Shown here: piece after piece, positions 28,847-41,279 of the stretch
Layout: every line of letters begins with the position of its first letter
How positions within the stretch are numbered: the stretch's first letter is position 1
Assembly (NCBI GenBank): GCA_965224245.1
Contig: OZ245046.1
Span: 3,488,001-3,552,000 of the forward strand
Source: Candidatus Eiseniibacteriota bacterium
GTDB lineage: Bacteria; Eisenbacteria; RBG-16-71-46; CAZAMP01
Direction of reading: 5' to 3'
Length of the DNA: 64,000 nt
Made by a program: the position numbers and the translations under genes
Notes under the pieces: generated by a model
Databases searched by the model: none
Told to the model about the DNA's origin: nothing
Seen by the model: only the letters and a program-made list of their open reading frames with translations

Positions 28847-29820
28847 CCCGCCATCGCCTTGGCCTTCTCGGTCATCTTCGGCACGATCTCGAACAGATCT
28901 CCGACGATGCCATAGTCGGCCACCTTGAAGATCGGCGCCTCGGGGTCCTTGTTGATCGCGACGATCACCCGCGAGGAGCTCATGCCGGCCAGGTGCTGGA
29001 TCGCGCCGGAGATCCCGCACGCGATGTACAGATCGGGCGAGACCGTGCGACCGGTCTGACCGACCTGATGCGAGTGATCGATCCACCCCGCGTCCACGGC
29101 CGCCCGGGACGCGCCCATCGCGCCGCCGAGTGCATCGGCGAGTGCCTGGATGATCGGGAAGTTCTCCGGCCCCTTCACGCCGCGCCCCCCGCTGACGATC
29201 GTGCGCGCCTCACCGAGATCCACCTTGTCGCCCTCGGCGGTGCGGAACTCGGTGATCGTGGCCCGCCCCGCGAGCTCGGTCGGTGTCACCGCCAGCGTCG
29301 CGACGGCCGCCGCGCCGCTAGCGGGCGCCGGGGTGAACACGTTCGGCCGGATGCCGATCACGTGCGGGCCGTCTCCCTCGAACCGGCAGCTCGCGCGGAC
29401 CTTGCTCGCGTACATCGGCCGGCGGACGCGGGGACGTCCCCCGTCCACGGTGATCTCGATCGCGTCGGAGACGTAGCCGACGCCGAGCATCGCGGCCAGA
29501 CGGGGCGCGGCGTCCTTGCCGAGCGCACTGCCCGCCACCACCACGGCGGCCGGCGAGACGGCGCCGCACGCCTCTCGCAGCGCCTCGGCCACGACGCCGC
29601 CGTGCGGCCGCGCGAACGCGGCGCCGTCGGCCACGTGCACGTGATCGGTCCCGCACTCGGCGAGTGCGCTCGCCGAGGACATGACGTTCTCTCCGATCAG
29701 GACCGCGTGCGACTCGCCGCCGAGCGCGGTCGCCAGGGCCCGGGCGGCGGTGGCCGCCTCGAACGCGGTGCGACGCAGCTCGCCGTCGCGTGCCTCCGCG
29801 AAGAACAGGACGTTGGCCAT
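28843..29820 (-). CDS. etfA: Electron transfer flavoprotein alpha subunit
   Basis: [39 protein letters not shown]. Confidence 0.96.
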   Translation of the reverse strand: MANVLFFAEARDGELRRTAFEAATAARALATALGGESHAVLIGENVMSSASALAECGTDHVHVADGAAFARPHGGVVAEALREACGAVSPAAVVVAGSALGKDAAPRLAAMLGVGYVSDAIEITVDGGRPRVRRPMYASKVRASCRFEGDGPHVIGIRPNVFTPAPASGAAAVATLAVTPTELAGRATITEFRTAEGDKVDLGEARTIVSGGRGVKGPENFPIIQALADALGGAMGASRAAVDAGWIDHSHQVGQTGRTVSPDLYIACGISGAIQHLAGMSSSRVIVAINKDPEAPIFKVADYGIVGDLFEIVPKMTEKAKAMAG

Positions 29821-29833
29821 CGTGCGTCGTCTC

Positions 29834-30625
29834 CTACAGAACCTTCGCGTCGTCGCGAAGAAGCGTCATCAGTTTGTCCACCGCCTCGTCGACGGGCATG
29901 TCGGCGAGGATCGTGCCGCTGGCTCGCTCCGGTGGCGGCGACAGCTCGTCCACGACGAGCGATCGACCGGTCGCACCGACGGTGGCGGGGTCCACACCCA
30001 GGTCGGACAGCGTGAGCGCCTCGATCGGCTTCTTCTTCGCCATCATGATGCCCTTGAGATTGGCGTACCGCGGCTCCTTGCCGCGCGCCTTCTCTGCGCT
30101 GAACACCGCGGGCAGCGAGGCCGTGACCACCTCGATGCCGCCCTCCACGGCCCGCTCGCACCTCGCCGTCGATCCGTCCACGGCGATGGGATAGGTCGCC
30201 CCCACGAACGGGCGCCCCGTCAGTGTCGCCAGCTGGGCGCCGACGGCGTGCAGGTCGTCGTCGGTGGCCTGCTTGCCGAGATACACGACGTCGGGCGATT
30301 CCTTCTCGACCACCGCGGCGAGGATGCGGGCCACGCCGAGGGAGTCGGACGCCTGGGCGGCCGGGTCGTTCACGTGGAGCGCGCGCGCGGCGCCGACCGC
30401 CAGGCACGAGCGGAGCTGAGCCTCGCACTCGGGCCCGCCGATGGTGACGGCGACGACCTCGCCCCCGTGCGCGTCGGTGAGCGTGAGCGCGTCCTCCATC
30501 GCGAACTCGTCGTACGGCGCGATGATGTGCTCGACGCCGGTGAGGTCGGCCGACGTTCCGTCCGCCGCCACCTTGATGCGCGCCGACGTGTCGGGAACGC
30601 GCTTGATGCAAACCAGGATCTTCAC
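29834..30625 (-). CDS. etfB: Electron transfer flavoprotein beta subunit
   Basis: KILVCIKRVPD, PYDEFAME, GKQATD, EPRYANLKGIMMAKKKP. Confidence 0.95.
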   Translation of the reverse strand: MKILVCIKRVPDTSARIKVAADGTSADLTGVEHIIAPYDEFAMEDALTLTDAHGGEVVAVTIGGPECEAQLRSCLAVGAARALHVNDPAAQASDSLGVARILAAVVEKESPDVVYLGKQATDDDLHAVGAQLATLTGRPFVGATYPIAVDGSTARCERAVEGGIEVVTASLPAVFSAEKARGKEPRYANLKGIMMAKKKPIEALTLSDLGVDPATVGATGRSLVVDELSPPPERASGTILADMPVDEAVDKLMTLLRDDAKVL

Positions 30626-30785
30626 GGGACGTATCCTTCCTTCGCCCGTTCGCCGCCGCTCGCCGGCGCCTCGCCGTTCGCCGCCGGTCGTGCCGCGCGT
30701 CCGGCCGGAGGGGCCGAGACGTCTCGCGGCCACCGAGGCGTGCGAGCTCGAGAGATCGGGTCGGGGTGAGAATTCGAGCCCGACT

Positions 30786-30814
30786 ACGCTAACGGGTCAC
30801 CCCGGTCCGGGCAA
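30786..30814 (-). promoter_or_regulatory. Sigma-70-like promoter for etfBA
   Basis: TTGCCC-N17-TAGCGT. Confidence 0.45.
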
Positions 30815-30837
30815 GGGTTTTGCCGAATGCCGGGCGC

Positions 30838-31713
30838 TCACGGGTCCTCGGGCCGCGTGGACACGTCCACGTGCTCGGCGTCGGAGGGCCAGCTCGGGAC
30901 GAACGCGTCGGCCGGCAGCTCGTCGGGCAGGTCCAGCCGACGAATCTCGATCGCGACGCGTTGATCGCCGCCCGGGTGGCTCACCGCGATGCGCTGGGGG
31001 ATCGTGCGTCCGTCCATCGCGCGGTAGCGCCCGTACGTGACACGCAGCCGCACGCGTCCGTCGACGGTGTGCTCGAGCGTCGACAGCCGCAGCCCGCCGT
31101 CGAACGTGGCGCGCCATCGCCCGTCGCGGCCGGGCACCCGGAAGCCGATCGACACCGAGTCCGCCGACGCGTCCAGGAGCGCGAGGTCGGTGGCGCCTTC
31201 CAGCGGCCCGTGCCCCCCGACGATCAGCAGCCGGTTCAGGTCGCCCGGGCGTGCGGCCAGCCCCAGACGGGCCGCCGCCCCCGCGTCGTCCGCCGGCGCG
31301 GAGTACCAGACTCGCTCCCGGTGGTCGAACAGGTCGAACGAGAAACCGTCCACGACGAGGTCGAACACCTTCTTGAACGCACCGTACGCTCCCACGAGAC
31401 GGAAGCGGTCGGGCTGGGCGATCGCGACCTGTCCGCCCAGCGTGAGGCGCCGGTCGCCGAGGAACCCGCCGGTGAACGTGAGGTCGAGGCGACCGGTCGT
31501 GTAGGACGCCATCGGGTCACCCTCGTCCAGGGCATCGAGGATGCGCTCGAGGTCGGGTGGAGTCCCCGCGTCCCACTGCGGAATCGGCCGCTTCGCACAC
31601 GACGTCGGCAGGAGCAAGGCGGCACACGCGGTCACCACCCCGAGCGCGCGCCACGCCGCCGCGAGCCGGGATCGATCGGAACCCCTCTGCCGGGAACGCG
31701 GTAGCGAGTTCAT
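30838..31713 (-). CDS. Lipoprotein, DUF4292/LolA-LolB-like fold
   Basis: Lipobox LLPTSC; PDRFRL; C-terminal YGRYR...IPQRI...LPADAF. Start uncertain. Confidence 0.6.
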   Translation of the reverse strand: MNSLPRSRQRGSDRSRLAAAWRALGVVTACAALLLPTSCAKRPIPQWDAGTPPDLERILDALDEGDPMASYTTGRLDLTFTGGFLGDRRLTLGGQVAIAQPDRFRLVGAYGAFKKVFDLVVDGFSFDLFDHRERVWYSAPADDAGAAARLGLAARPGDLNRLLIVGGHGPLEGATDLALLDASADSVSIGFRVPGRDGRWRATFDGGLRLSTLEHTVDGRVRLRVTYGRYRAMDGRTIPQRIAVSHPGGDQRVAIEIRRLDLPDELPADAFVPSWPSDAEHVDVSTRPEDP

Positions 31714-31777
31714 GCGCGGCATGGTAGAGATCGCGACCACCGCCCACAACCGTCCGGCATCGGGGCTCGGAGGACAG

Positions 31778-32896
31778 GTGCGTCAATCCGATCGATCATC
31801 CCGTCTCGTCCTCTCGTCGTGGATCGGGGCGGTCGTGGTCGCGTTCGCGGGGTGCGCCTGGGTCCGGTCGCCGGCCCCGCTCGCGGTGAACGCCGGAAAC
31901 GCCGCCACCGTGCTCGCCCAGGCGCTGGCGCGCGAGCTCGAGGTGGACCCGTGCACCCGGGTCACCCTGTACCCCGGCGTGGACCGCCCGGCTCTCTGGT
32001 CGGTCGCAAAGCCCCTGTGCCGGGACGTGGCCGGCGAGCTGTCACGCCTCGGATTCGACGTGTCGACGACACCATCGGCGGTGGCGGTGACCGATCCGCT
32101 GACCTTGTGGCTACGGGTCGAGGACGAGCGGGTGACCGCATCCGTCGAGCGCGTGCCACCGGTCACCGCCGGCCGCCGGCGAGCGGGTCGGGGCGATGTC
32201 GTCTGCCGGGCGAGCTACGCGTCGATCCCTCCCCCGTTGAAGGACGTCGAGCGACCGGCGGTTCCCGGTCACCGCTGGATCGCCGGTCCGACGCTGCCGG
32301 TTCGCGTGAGCGCGCTGGTCCCCGACGACGCGGCGTCGGGCGAGCGCTCGACGTCCGACGTCCTGGCCGCGACGTCGTCGGGAACGCTTCGACTCCGCGT
32401 GCGGACGGGTGGTGGTGACGACGTGCGCGTCGACGTGTCCCCGACCGACGACGTTCCGTGGGAATGGCAGCCGCTATCCCTCGTCGACGAGCGATCCGGA
32501 GAGCGGCGTGACGTGCCCGTGCGCGCGAGCATCCCGCTCGCGCGGGAGCCCGACGCGTTCGCGGCGCTGACCGGTGACGGACGCATCGTCTACGGCGCGC
32601 CTCTGGGACTCTGGGGCGCCCCGGAGCCCGGATACGGAGCGGGCCTCGCCCCGATCGGCACCGGCATCCTGACCGCGACCGACGCGCCGCCGGGTCGTCC
32701 CGACGCACTCGTCGTTCTCGTGATCGGGCCCGACCGGCGGCTGATCGAGACGGCGCGGATCCCCATCGGCGTCCACGGGGCGGTCGCGCTGGCCGAGGTG
32801 GACACCGACGGCGACGACGCGCTGGACGTGGTGCTGGCCCTCGACGTGCCCGGTGGCACGCAGATCGTCGTGCTGGTCTCGGAGGCGCCCGCGTGA
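31778..32896 (+). CDS. Hypothetical lipoprotein with C-terminal FG-GAP/VCBS-like motif
   Basis: Lipobox AFAGC; DTDGDDALDVV; stop overlaps the next start. Confidence 0.55.
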   Translation: MRQSDRSSRLVLSSWIGAVVVAFAGCAWVRSPAPLAVNAGNAATVLAQALARELEVDPCTRVTLYPGVDRPALWSVAKPLCRDVAGELSRLGFDVSTTPSAVAVTDPLTLWLRVEDERVTASVERVPPVTAGRRRAGRGDVVCRASYASIPPPLKDVERPAVPGHRWIAGPTLPVRVSALVPDDAASGERSTSDVLAATSSGTLRLRVRTGGGDDVRVDVSPTDDVPWEWQPLSLVDERSGERRDVPVRASIPLAREPDAFAALTGDGRIVYGAPLGLWGAPEPGYGAGLAPIGTGILTATDAPPGRPDALVVLVIGPDRRLIETARIPIGVHGAVALAEVDTDGDDALDVVLALDVPGGTQIVVLVSEAPA

Positions 32897-34047
32897 CGCG
32901 GCGCGGCGTTCTCGGGGTGGCGGCGCTGGCGGCGGTCCTGTCGGTCGGGGCGCGCCTGCCCGAGCGGGGCGGACGCGTGACGGTCCTGATCCCGGACTCG
33001 GACGAGGGCGTCGCGATCGCGGCCGCCCTGGGCGATCGCGCGGCGGAGACCTACCTCACCCGACCCGACGGCTCCGGCTCCCACGTCACGCCCGATCCTG
33101 GGCTGACGGGCGGCACGCCGCTCCGTCGGTCCTGGACCCTGGTGTTTCCGGATGCCTCGAGCCCCAACGCCGTTGACGTCGCCGACCGTCTCACCGCGCT
33201 CCTCGAGGCGCGATCGGCGGACCCGGCGCCCGGCCCATGGACCGACCTGACGACCGCGCGCGCGCTCGACGAGCGGCGGCTCGTCCTGGCGTTCGCCGAC
33301 GCGGTCTGCGCGCCTCTCGACCGCCTCGCACGGTGGCCGTTCCGGCCGGCGGGGCGCGGGTCGTTTCGACTCGCATCCGGATCGGGGGACTTCGCCCGGA
33401 ACGACCGCGCGCTCTTCACCCCGCGACTGGATCGTCTCGAGATCATCCTGGCCGAGCCGCCGTTCGCCCGGCCGCGGCGCGCAGAGCTGACCGTGCTGCC
33501 CGGACGATCCGACGACGACGACTCGACCGACCTCGGCGCGCTCGGCGAGGACGGGCTGGCCGTCGTGTACTGGATCGCCCTCGATCCATCGGTGCCGGTG
33601 GCGGAGCGCCGGTGGCTGGAGCGTATCCTGTCGCCGGCGGCGTTCGAGCCGCTCGTGGCGCCTCACGAGGCCGTCGCCCTCCCCGGCTGCGCGAGTCGGG
33701 AGGCCGCGTCGGCCGAGGTGACGCCGGTGACGGCCGGCCACGTGACGGTGACCGCGCCGGACGGGGAGCGCGGGGATCTGCTCCGGCGGCGCGCGGACGT
33801 CGTCCTGGCCGATCGGACGCGCGAGGCCACCGAGGCCGGAGCCGGCAACGGCGCCGGACAGACGATCGAGGTCACGATCGGGCGCGACGTCGTGCTCGAC
33901 ACCGGACCGATCAGCCTGGCCGCGGCGTGCGCGGCCGGTCCGCCGTCGACCCGGTGGCCGATCCTGGCCGTCGCGTACCACGTGGCTCGCGGCTCGGGCG
34001 TGATCGGTCCGATCGGATCGCCGGATCGGCTCTGGCTGGCCCGCTGA
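32893..34047 (+). CDS. Hypothetical exported protein, distantly resembling family-5 solute-binding proteins
   Basis: Signal peptide, RGGRVTV, ETYL, ARALDERRLVL, G.G.FRL, PRLDRLEI. Confidence 0.45.
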   Translation: MTRRGVLGVAALAAVLSVGARLPERGGRVTVLIPDSDEGVAIAAALGDRAAETYLTRPDGSGSHVTPDPGLTGGTPLRRSWTLVFPDASSPNAVDVADRLTALLEARSADPAPGPWTDLTTARALDERRLVLAFADAVCAPLDRLARWPFRPAGRGSFRLASGSGDFARNDRALFTPRLDRLEIILAEPPFARPRRAELTVLPGRSDDDDSTDLGALGEDGLAVVYWIALDPSVPVAERRWLERILSPAAFEPLVAPHEAVALPGCASREAASAEVTPVTAGHVTVTAPDGERGDLLRRRADVVLADRTREATEAGAGNGAGQTIEVTIGRDVVLDTGPISLAAACAAGPPSTRWPILAVAYHVARGSGVIGPIGSPDRLWLAR

Positions 34048-34080
34048 TCGGCGCGCATCACCGCAGATGCGCGCGCGATC

Positions 34081-36336
34081 TCAATCCACCAGGGACCGAC
34101 CGTGCACGTGCTCGGGGGCGTCCAGCTCCAGGAGCGCACAGATCGTCGCAAACATGTCGCCGATCCACGGCTCGTCCGAGTCGATCGGGAACGACGTGAA
34201 CAGGATCCCCTTCACGAACGCCGGATCCAGCGAGCAGTGGTCGCCGCTCCAGTTCTTGTCCTTGGTGTAGAAGACCTCGGCCGGCGTGTTGCCGAGCGAC
34301 GACTGCCACGAGACGCGGTACCCCGGCGTGTTGCACACGCGGAGATCGGGGATGAGCTTCGGATCGTATCCCTCACGATAGATCTCGTCGCGCCGGTAGA
34401 CCTTGCTGACCGGGTGGAGCCCGGTCTCGGGATCCACGAGGTTCTCCAGGCCCTCGCTGATCTCCCGACACACGCGATCGTACTCGTCGCCCGGCAGAAC
34501 GGTTCCCTCGGGCTCTCGGCCGAGCACGTTGATGTACACGTAGCCCAGTCCCAGCGCGAAGGCCTCCGTGCGCGACCAATCCACGTTGGGCCAGAACGAG
34601 CCGCGATCGAAGAGCGCCTCGAGATCCTGGCGCGTCCCCTCGCCGGTCAGGGTCATGAACCCGTTCTTGGCCAGCCAGGTGTTGAGGTTCACCGCGCGCC
34701 GCCAGGTCGCGAAGCCGTGGTCGGAGAGGACGATCAGGTGCGTGTCCTCGTCCAGCTTCGCCATCGCGTCCCCGACGATCCGGTCCATCTTCACGTAGGC
34801 ATCGAGGATCTTCGGCTCGTAGATCTTCGCGCGCTCCGCGTCGTAGCGCGCGTGGCCCGGATCGCGATAGTGCCAGAGCATGTGCTGCACGCGATCGGTG
34901 AAGTTGAACACCTGCGTGTAGAGCTCGACCCCGTCGTCCTCGATGAACGCGTCGAACATGCTCTCGAAGTGCCGGATGGACTCGTCCACGTCCTCCAGGA
35001 ACGTGTCGTCGGAGATCCGCTCCTCCTCCAGCGACCAGGTGTCGATCGACCAGCCCATCGTCTTGAACGGCCCCAGCTCGGCCGCGAGCTCGGCCAGGAA
35101 CCCGTGCGGGTGGCTGATGTGGACGAACGGCGGCACGGCCCGGGGATCGAAGTGCAACGGGCTCAGGTAGAGCTTGGTGTCCGGCGAGAGCGACTCCACC
35201 TTGAACCGGCCGATGCCCGTGACCTTCACGAACCGGTTGAACGCGAACCGCATGTCCAGCCAGTCGGACCACTCGCCCTCGGCCAGCGTCAGGTCGTGAT
35301 CGCCCACGCGGATGCGGACGGCGTCGTCGCCGATCTCCAGCTCCATCGGGAGGGTCAGCGTCTCGGGGACCCCGGACCGCCGGAGCTCGTCCTCGGCGAT
35401 CTGTCGGGCCAGCGCGGGGTTCTTGCCCTTCGCGACCGCCTCGTCCTCGGCGGCGTCCACGGCGTAGTCGTAGAACGGGATGTTGGGCGGACCGAACACG
35501 TCCACGTTGACCGCGCCGCGCCGGGGGATGTTCACGACCTCGACGCTGAAGTCGGCGTAGGCGTTCTCGTCGATCTCCTCGGACGTGTACATGGCCGGGG
35601 TGCCGATGCGTCCCCGGATGTCGGGAACGCCGAGCCCCGAGATCATCGTGCCGTGCGCCACCTCCGACGCCGGGAACGTAGCCGGGACGCGGATGGTCCG
35701 GGTGGTCACGCCACGCTCGGCCGCGTAGTCCCAGAACGTCTGCCCCTGCCGGTGATTGACCGGGATCGGCATCGCCTCGGGCAGATACGTGGCGCCGAAC
35801 CACCAGCCGGCACCGCCCGCGAGGAGCCCCAGAACCGCCGCGCCGCCGACCAGGCGGCGACCGCGCAGCCGGAGGAGCGCCAGCAGTACGAGCAGCACCA
35901 CGAACCCGACCGCTAACCCGATCATCGCGGTCAGCATGGGGTTGCGGTCGCCCCAGAGGAACGTCGTCTTCACCGGCGTCTGGAGGGCGAAGTCGGGCAG
36001 GTACGTGTCCGGGACGCGCTTGAGGAAGTCGAAGATCTCGGTGTGGCCCGGATCCATCCCCGTCGCGAAGGTCGACCATGAGACCGGCGTCTGCGGCGGG
36101 TTCGTCGGCATCAGCGGACGGAATGCGCCCCGGTCGCGGAGCGCGGCGAGGTTCGGGAGATGCCCCTCGTCCATCCACTGCTCGGTCAGCGCCGCGTCGG
36201 CCCCGTCGAACCCCAGGACGACCACGCGATCGCGCGCGTGCACCGGTGACGGCGACCCGAGCGCCAGCGCCGCCACGCCGATCGACGCGATCGCGAACCC
36301 AATTCCCAGACGACGTACGACGCCGAGCTCACGCAT
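34081..36336 (-). CDS. Alkaline-phosphatase-superfamily / type I phosphodiesterase (NPP-like)
   Basis: VLGFDGAD, PPQTPVSW, DRVQH, LSDHGF, WSGDH. Confidence 0.9.
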   Translation of the reverse strand: MRELGVVRRLGIGFAIASIGVAALALGSPSPVHARDRVVVLGFDGADAALTEQWMDEGHLPNLAALRDRGAFRPLMPTNPPQTPVSWSTFATGMDPGHTEIFDFLKRVPDTYLPDFALQTPVKTTFLWGDRNPMLTAMIGLAVGFVVLLVLLALLRLRGRRLVGGAAVLGLLAGGAGWWFGATYLPEAMPIPVNHRQGQTFWDYAAERGVTTRTIRVPATFPASEVAHGTMISGLGVPDIRGRIGTPAMYTSEEIDENAYADFSVEVVNIPRRGAVNVDVFGPPNIPFYDYAVDAAEDEAVAKGKNPALARQIAEDELRRSGVPETLTLPMELEIGDDAVRIRVGDHDLTLAEGEWSDWLDMRFAFNRFVKVTGIGRFKVESLSPDTKLYLSPLHFDPRAVPPFVHISHPHGFLAELAAELGPFKTMGWSIDTWSLEEERISDDTFLEDVDESIRHFESMFDAFIEDDGVELYTQVFNFTDRVQHMLWHYRDPGHARYDAERAKIYEPKILDAYVKMDRIVGDAMAKLDEDTHLIVLSDHGFATWRRAVNLNTWLAKNGFMTLTGEGTRQDLEALFDRGSFWPNVDWSRTEAFALGLGYVYINVLGREPEGTVLPGDEYDRVCREISEGLENLVDPETGLHPVSKVYRRDEIYREGYDPKLIPDLRVCNTPGYRVSWQSSLGNTPAEVFYTKDKNWSGDHCSLDPAFVKGILFTSFPIDSDEPWIGDMFATICALLELDAPEHVHGRSLVD

Positions 36337-36462
36337 GTGACGAACCTCCCGATGACTCTTGGCTAAAGGGTAACGACGACCTCAGGTTTGAGCGGACCGA
36401 GCATACCAGACCGGATCGCCTTCGCGCTTCGACCGGACGTCCCGAGCGCGTACCATCGGTCC

Positions 36463-38155
36463 ATGACGTTCAAATCCCGTTTGATCGGCGTGTTCTCCGC
36501 CGTCCTGATCGGCCACACGATCCTCCTGTGGGTCGTCGCGTCACGCCGGATCGACGAGAGCTTCGCCGAGGCCGGCCGCGAGGCGCTCGGGGCCGGCCTG
36601 GTCGCCGGACGATCCGCCTTCCTGAACGAGGCCTCCGCCCTGGCCGGGACCCTCGATCGCATCCTGGCCGGCGACGCCGAGGTCGGGCTCCTGCGCGACG
36701 CGGCCCGGGGCGTCCGCCGGCGCGATCGCCACGACGTCGTGAACGCCGCCACCCGGCTCAAGCCGGACGACGTGTCGATGCTCCGGATCCTCGATCGCTC
36801 CGGCATCGTGCTGAGCTCCAGCCCCGACCCCGAACGTTTCGGCAGCCACGAGCGGGATCTCGCCTCGCTGGCCACGATCCGGGAGACCGGGCCCTGGATC
36901 CGTTCGGTACGGGTGCTCGGCCGGGACGTGCCCGCGCTCGTGGATGCCCGACCCACCGAGGATCTCTTCGTTGTCGCGGCGCGCGTCCTGGACGACGCGT
37001 TCTTCGAGGAGCTACGGACGGCGCTGGGCGGTCGCGCCTTCGTGGAGCTCGGCGCCGACAGCGTGATCGGGCCGGTCGCGGAGGACGAGCGGCGGGCCAT
37101 CGCGGCAGGAGACACCACCGCATCCGACGGGGCTCCCCTCACCGTCGCGCGCGATCGGGTGATCGCGTCGACGCTCGTGGTCGGCGGCGGACGGCTGTGG
37201 ATCGCACGCACCGACGACGTGCTGCCCGATCTCCGGCGGCGGCTCACGCGCTCGGCGCTCCTGATCGGGGGCGTGGGCCTTCTCGTGGCCTGGCTGGTCG
37301 CGCTGGTGCTGACCCGGAGCCTGAGCGAGCCCCTGCGCGAGCTGACGGTCGCGACGGCTCGCGTCGCGGCCGGCCAGTGGGACAAGCCCATCCGGGTGTC
37401 GGGCTCGGTGGCCGAGGTCCGCTCGCTCCAGCGGGCCTTCGACCGCATGCAGCGCGACCTCCTGCGCCAGCAGACCGAGCTTCGCCGAGCCGAGCGGGCG
37501 GCCGCGTGGCGCGACGCCGCCAGACGCATCGCGCACGAGATCAAGAACGCGCTGACGCCGCTCCAGCTGAACTGGGAGCGACTGCGCACGATGACGGCCG
37601 AGGGGGACATCCAGCCCGACGTGCTCCAGGCCAGCTCGGAGAGCATCTCCCGGCAGCTCTCGATCCTGCGTCGGTTCCTCGGAGAGTTCTCCGAGCTGGC
37701 CAGGTGGCCCGAGGCGACCCTGGTCGAGATCGACATCACCGACCTCGCACGCTCGACGGTCGACCTCTACCGCGGCAACGCGCGCGCGTCCCTGGTGCTC
37801 GACGCGAACGAGCCGGTCCGCGCCTTCGCGGACGCGGGCCAGCTCACGCGCGCGCTGGCCAACCTGATCCAGAACGCGCTCGACGCGACGTCCGACCGCG
37901 GCCGCATCGTGGTGAGCGTGAGACTCGCCGAACCGAGCGTGCTATTGTCCGTGGCCGACGACGGGCCGGGCATGAGCGAGGACACGATCTCGGGAATGTT
38001 CACGCCGTACTTCACCACCCGCGACAGCGGCACCGGCCTCGGTCTCTCGATCGTGGAGCGCATCGTGGACGCACATCACGGACACGTCGACGTCACGAGC
38101 GCGCCCGGTCACGGCACCACGATCACGATCCGATGGCCGCGGACGCCCGACCGAC

Positions 38156-38163
<8 letters not shown>
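36463..38163 (+). CDS. HAMP sensor histidine kinase (NtrY-like)
   Basis: AAWRDAARRIAHEIKNALTP, NLIQNA, DDGPG, PYFTT, GTGLGL. Confidence 0.92.
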
Positions 38164-39529
<1,366 letters not shown>

Positions 39530-39773
39530 CCGACCCGCACGCGCCGAGTCCCGAAGACGGCTCCCCTCCGCCGGCGAGCGGGCGACGGCGTCCCCGTCCG
39601 CCCGGGACGGCGCCGCGGTCGCCACGTGTCGGCGAGGACACGTCGTGTGTCTCGCCTTCCACGTTCCCCCCGCCGCGCCGCTCCGTTCCCCGGGTCGCCG
39701 CGCGCCTCGGTGCCATCCCGCTGTCGGTCTCACACCATCACGTTAGACGGTCGCGGGTCCGCCCGCGGCGGGT

Positions 39774-39790
39774 CTGGCACGTGGCCTGCG
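39774..39790 (+). promoter_or_regulatory. Sigma-54 (-24/-12) promoter
   Basis: CTGGCACGTGGCCTGCG, GG-N10-GC, about 60 nt before ATG 39850. Confidence 0.78.
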
Positions 39791-39849
39791 TTGGTGTCGT
39801 CGCGACACGGCAACAACCCGCGCCCGACACGGCGCGAAGGAGGACCATC

Positions 39850-40965
39850 ATGCGGCACGACACTCCGTCCACGTGGATCCGGCTCGGCGCGGCGATCCTC
39901 GTCGCCACTTGCGGTGCGCTGGGCTGTGGAACCGACTACGACCCCCCTTCCGATTCGGTCTCGAACGACCGCGGCGACTCCCCCCGGACCGTCGCGCGCG
40001 ATCGGGACACGACCCCGCACGCGGAGGCGACGGTGATGCCCGAGGCGCCCGCGGTCGAGACGACGCCTGACGCGGTCACCGACCTCGCGTCGGCGCCCGA
40101 CACGATGCTCGGCGGCATCGTCGAGGACGTGATCGAGCCGGCGGCCGATCCGCACGCGGCCTACCTCGGCGCCGAGCGCGACTACTACCGCCACGAGTAC
40201 GATGCGTCGCGCGAGCAGCTGCTGTCGTCGATCGCGGCGCGCGACGACTTCGCGCCGGCGCACTACCTCCTCGGTCTGACCGAGCGGAAGCTCGGTCACC
40301 TCGAGTCGTCGCTCGATGCCTTCGACGACGCGATCGCGCTGGCGCCGGGGCTGGAGCGCGCGCACGTGAACCGGGCGCGCGTGATGATCGACCTGGGTCG
40401 ACCGGCCGATGCGCTGGACGGCCTGACGCGTGTGGAGGGCGACTCGGACGCGGCGTCGAACGTCCGCGGCCTCGCGTACATGGATCTGGGCCGGCTGGAC
40501 GAGGCGACGGCGGCGTTCGAGGAGGCGACCGCGCTCGACCCGACCAACGTGTACGCGTGGAACAACCTCGGACTCACGCGGATCCGCCTCGGTGACTTCG
40601 AGGGCGCGGTCGCGCCGCTCGAGACCGCGGCGACGCTTCCCGACGCGCCGGCCTACGTGTTCAACAACCTCGGCATCGCGTCGGAGCGCGTCGGCGACCT
40701 GGCCGGCGCCGAGCTGGCCTATGTCGAGGCCGTCAACCGCGGACACGCGCACGCGGGCACCTCGCGCGATCGGGTGACCGAGGCGATCGCGTATCTCGCG
40801 TCGATCGGCGCACCGGTCACGCTCGAGGCGAACGCGTCGGCGGGCGATCCCGGCTCCGGAGATGTCCCCGACGGTGATGCCGCGGCCGCGTCGGACGCCG
40901 TCGAGGAGGGCGCGGCCGTCACCGAGTCCCCGATCGCCAGCGCCGAGGTCGCCGGCGACCGCTGA
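39850..40965 (+). CDS. TPR-repeat lipoprotein
   Basis: AGGAGG RBS; lipobox ALGC; TPRs AHYLLG, AHVNRA, NVRG, AWNNLG, VFNNLG. Confidence 0.88.
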   Translation: MRHDTPSTWIRLGAAILVATCGALGCGTDYDPPSDSVSNDRGDSPRTVARDRDTTPHAEATVMPEAPAVETTPDAVTDLASAPDTMLGGIVEDVIEPAADPHAAYLGAERDYYRHEYDASREQLLSSIAARDDFAPAHYLLGLTERKLGHLESSLDAFDDAIALAPGLERAHVNRARVMIDLGRPADALDGLTRVEGDSDAASNVRGLAYMDLGRLDEATAAFEEATALDPTNVYAWNNLGLTRIRLGDFEGAVAPLETAATLPDAPAYVFNNLGIASERVGDLAGAELAYVEAVNRGHAHAGTSRDRVTEAIAYLASIGAPVTLEANASAGDPGSGDVPDGDAAAASDAVEEGAAVTESPIASAEVAGDR

Positions 40966-41056
40966 CCCCGATCCGACGCGACACCCATGGACCGCGCCCG
41001 AGCCGGGCGCGGTCCGATTCACGTGTCGCCGGATCCACCGCCGCGACGGGACGCGT

Positions 41057-41086
41057 TTGACAAGACCGAACGGGGGTTGATACCGT
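41057..41086 (+). promoter_or_regulatory. Sigma-70-like promoter upstream of khpA
   Basis: TTGACA-N18-TACCGT with an extended -10 TG. Confidence 0.4.
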
Positions 41087-41279
41087 CCCGGCCGGTCCGA
41101 CAGCTCGGGTGCATGATCTCGTCTCCGAACCTCGCTCGCGCTCCCGCGACGGCACCTCTCGACCATCGGGCGTTCAGAGCGCCGAGACACCTCTGCATCG
41201 CCCCCCGTCCGGCTCGCCGCCCACGGGCCCATCCGCGCGTGTCGCTCCCGCGCCACGCGATCGAGAACGAGAGAAACGG

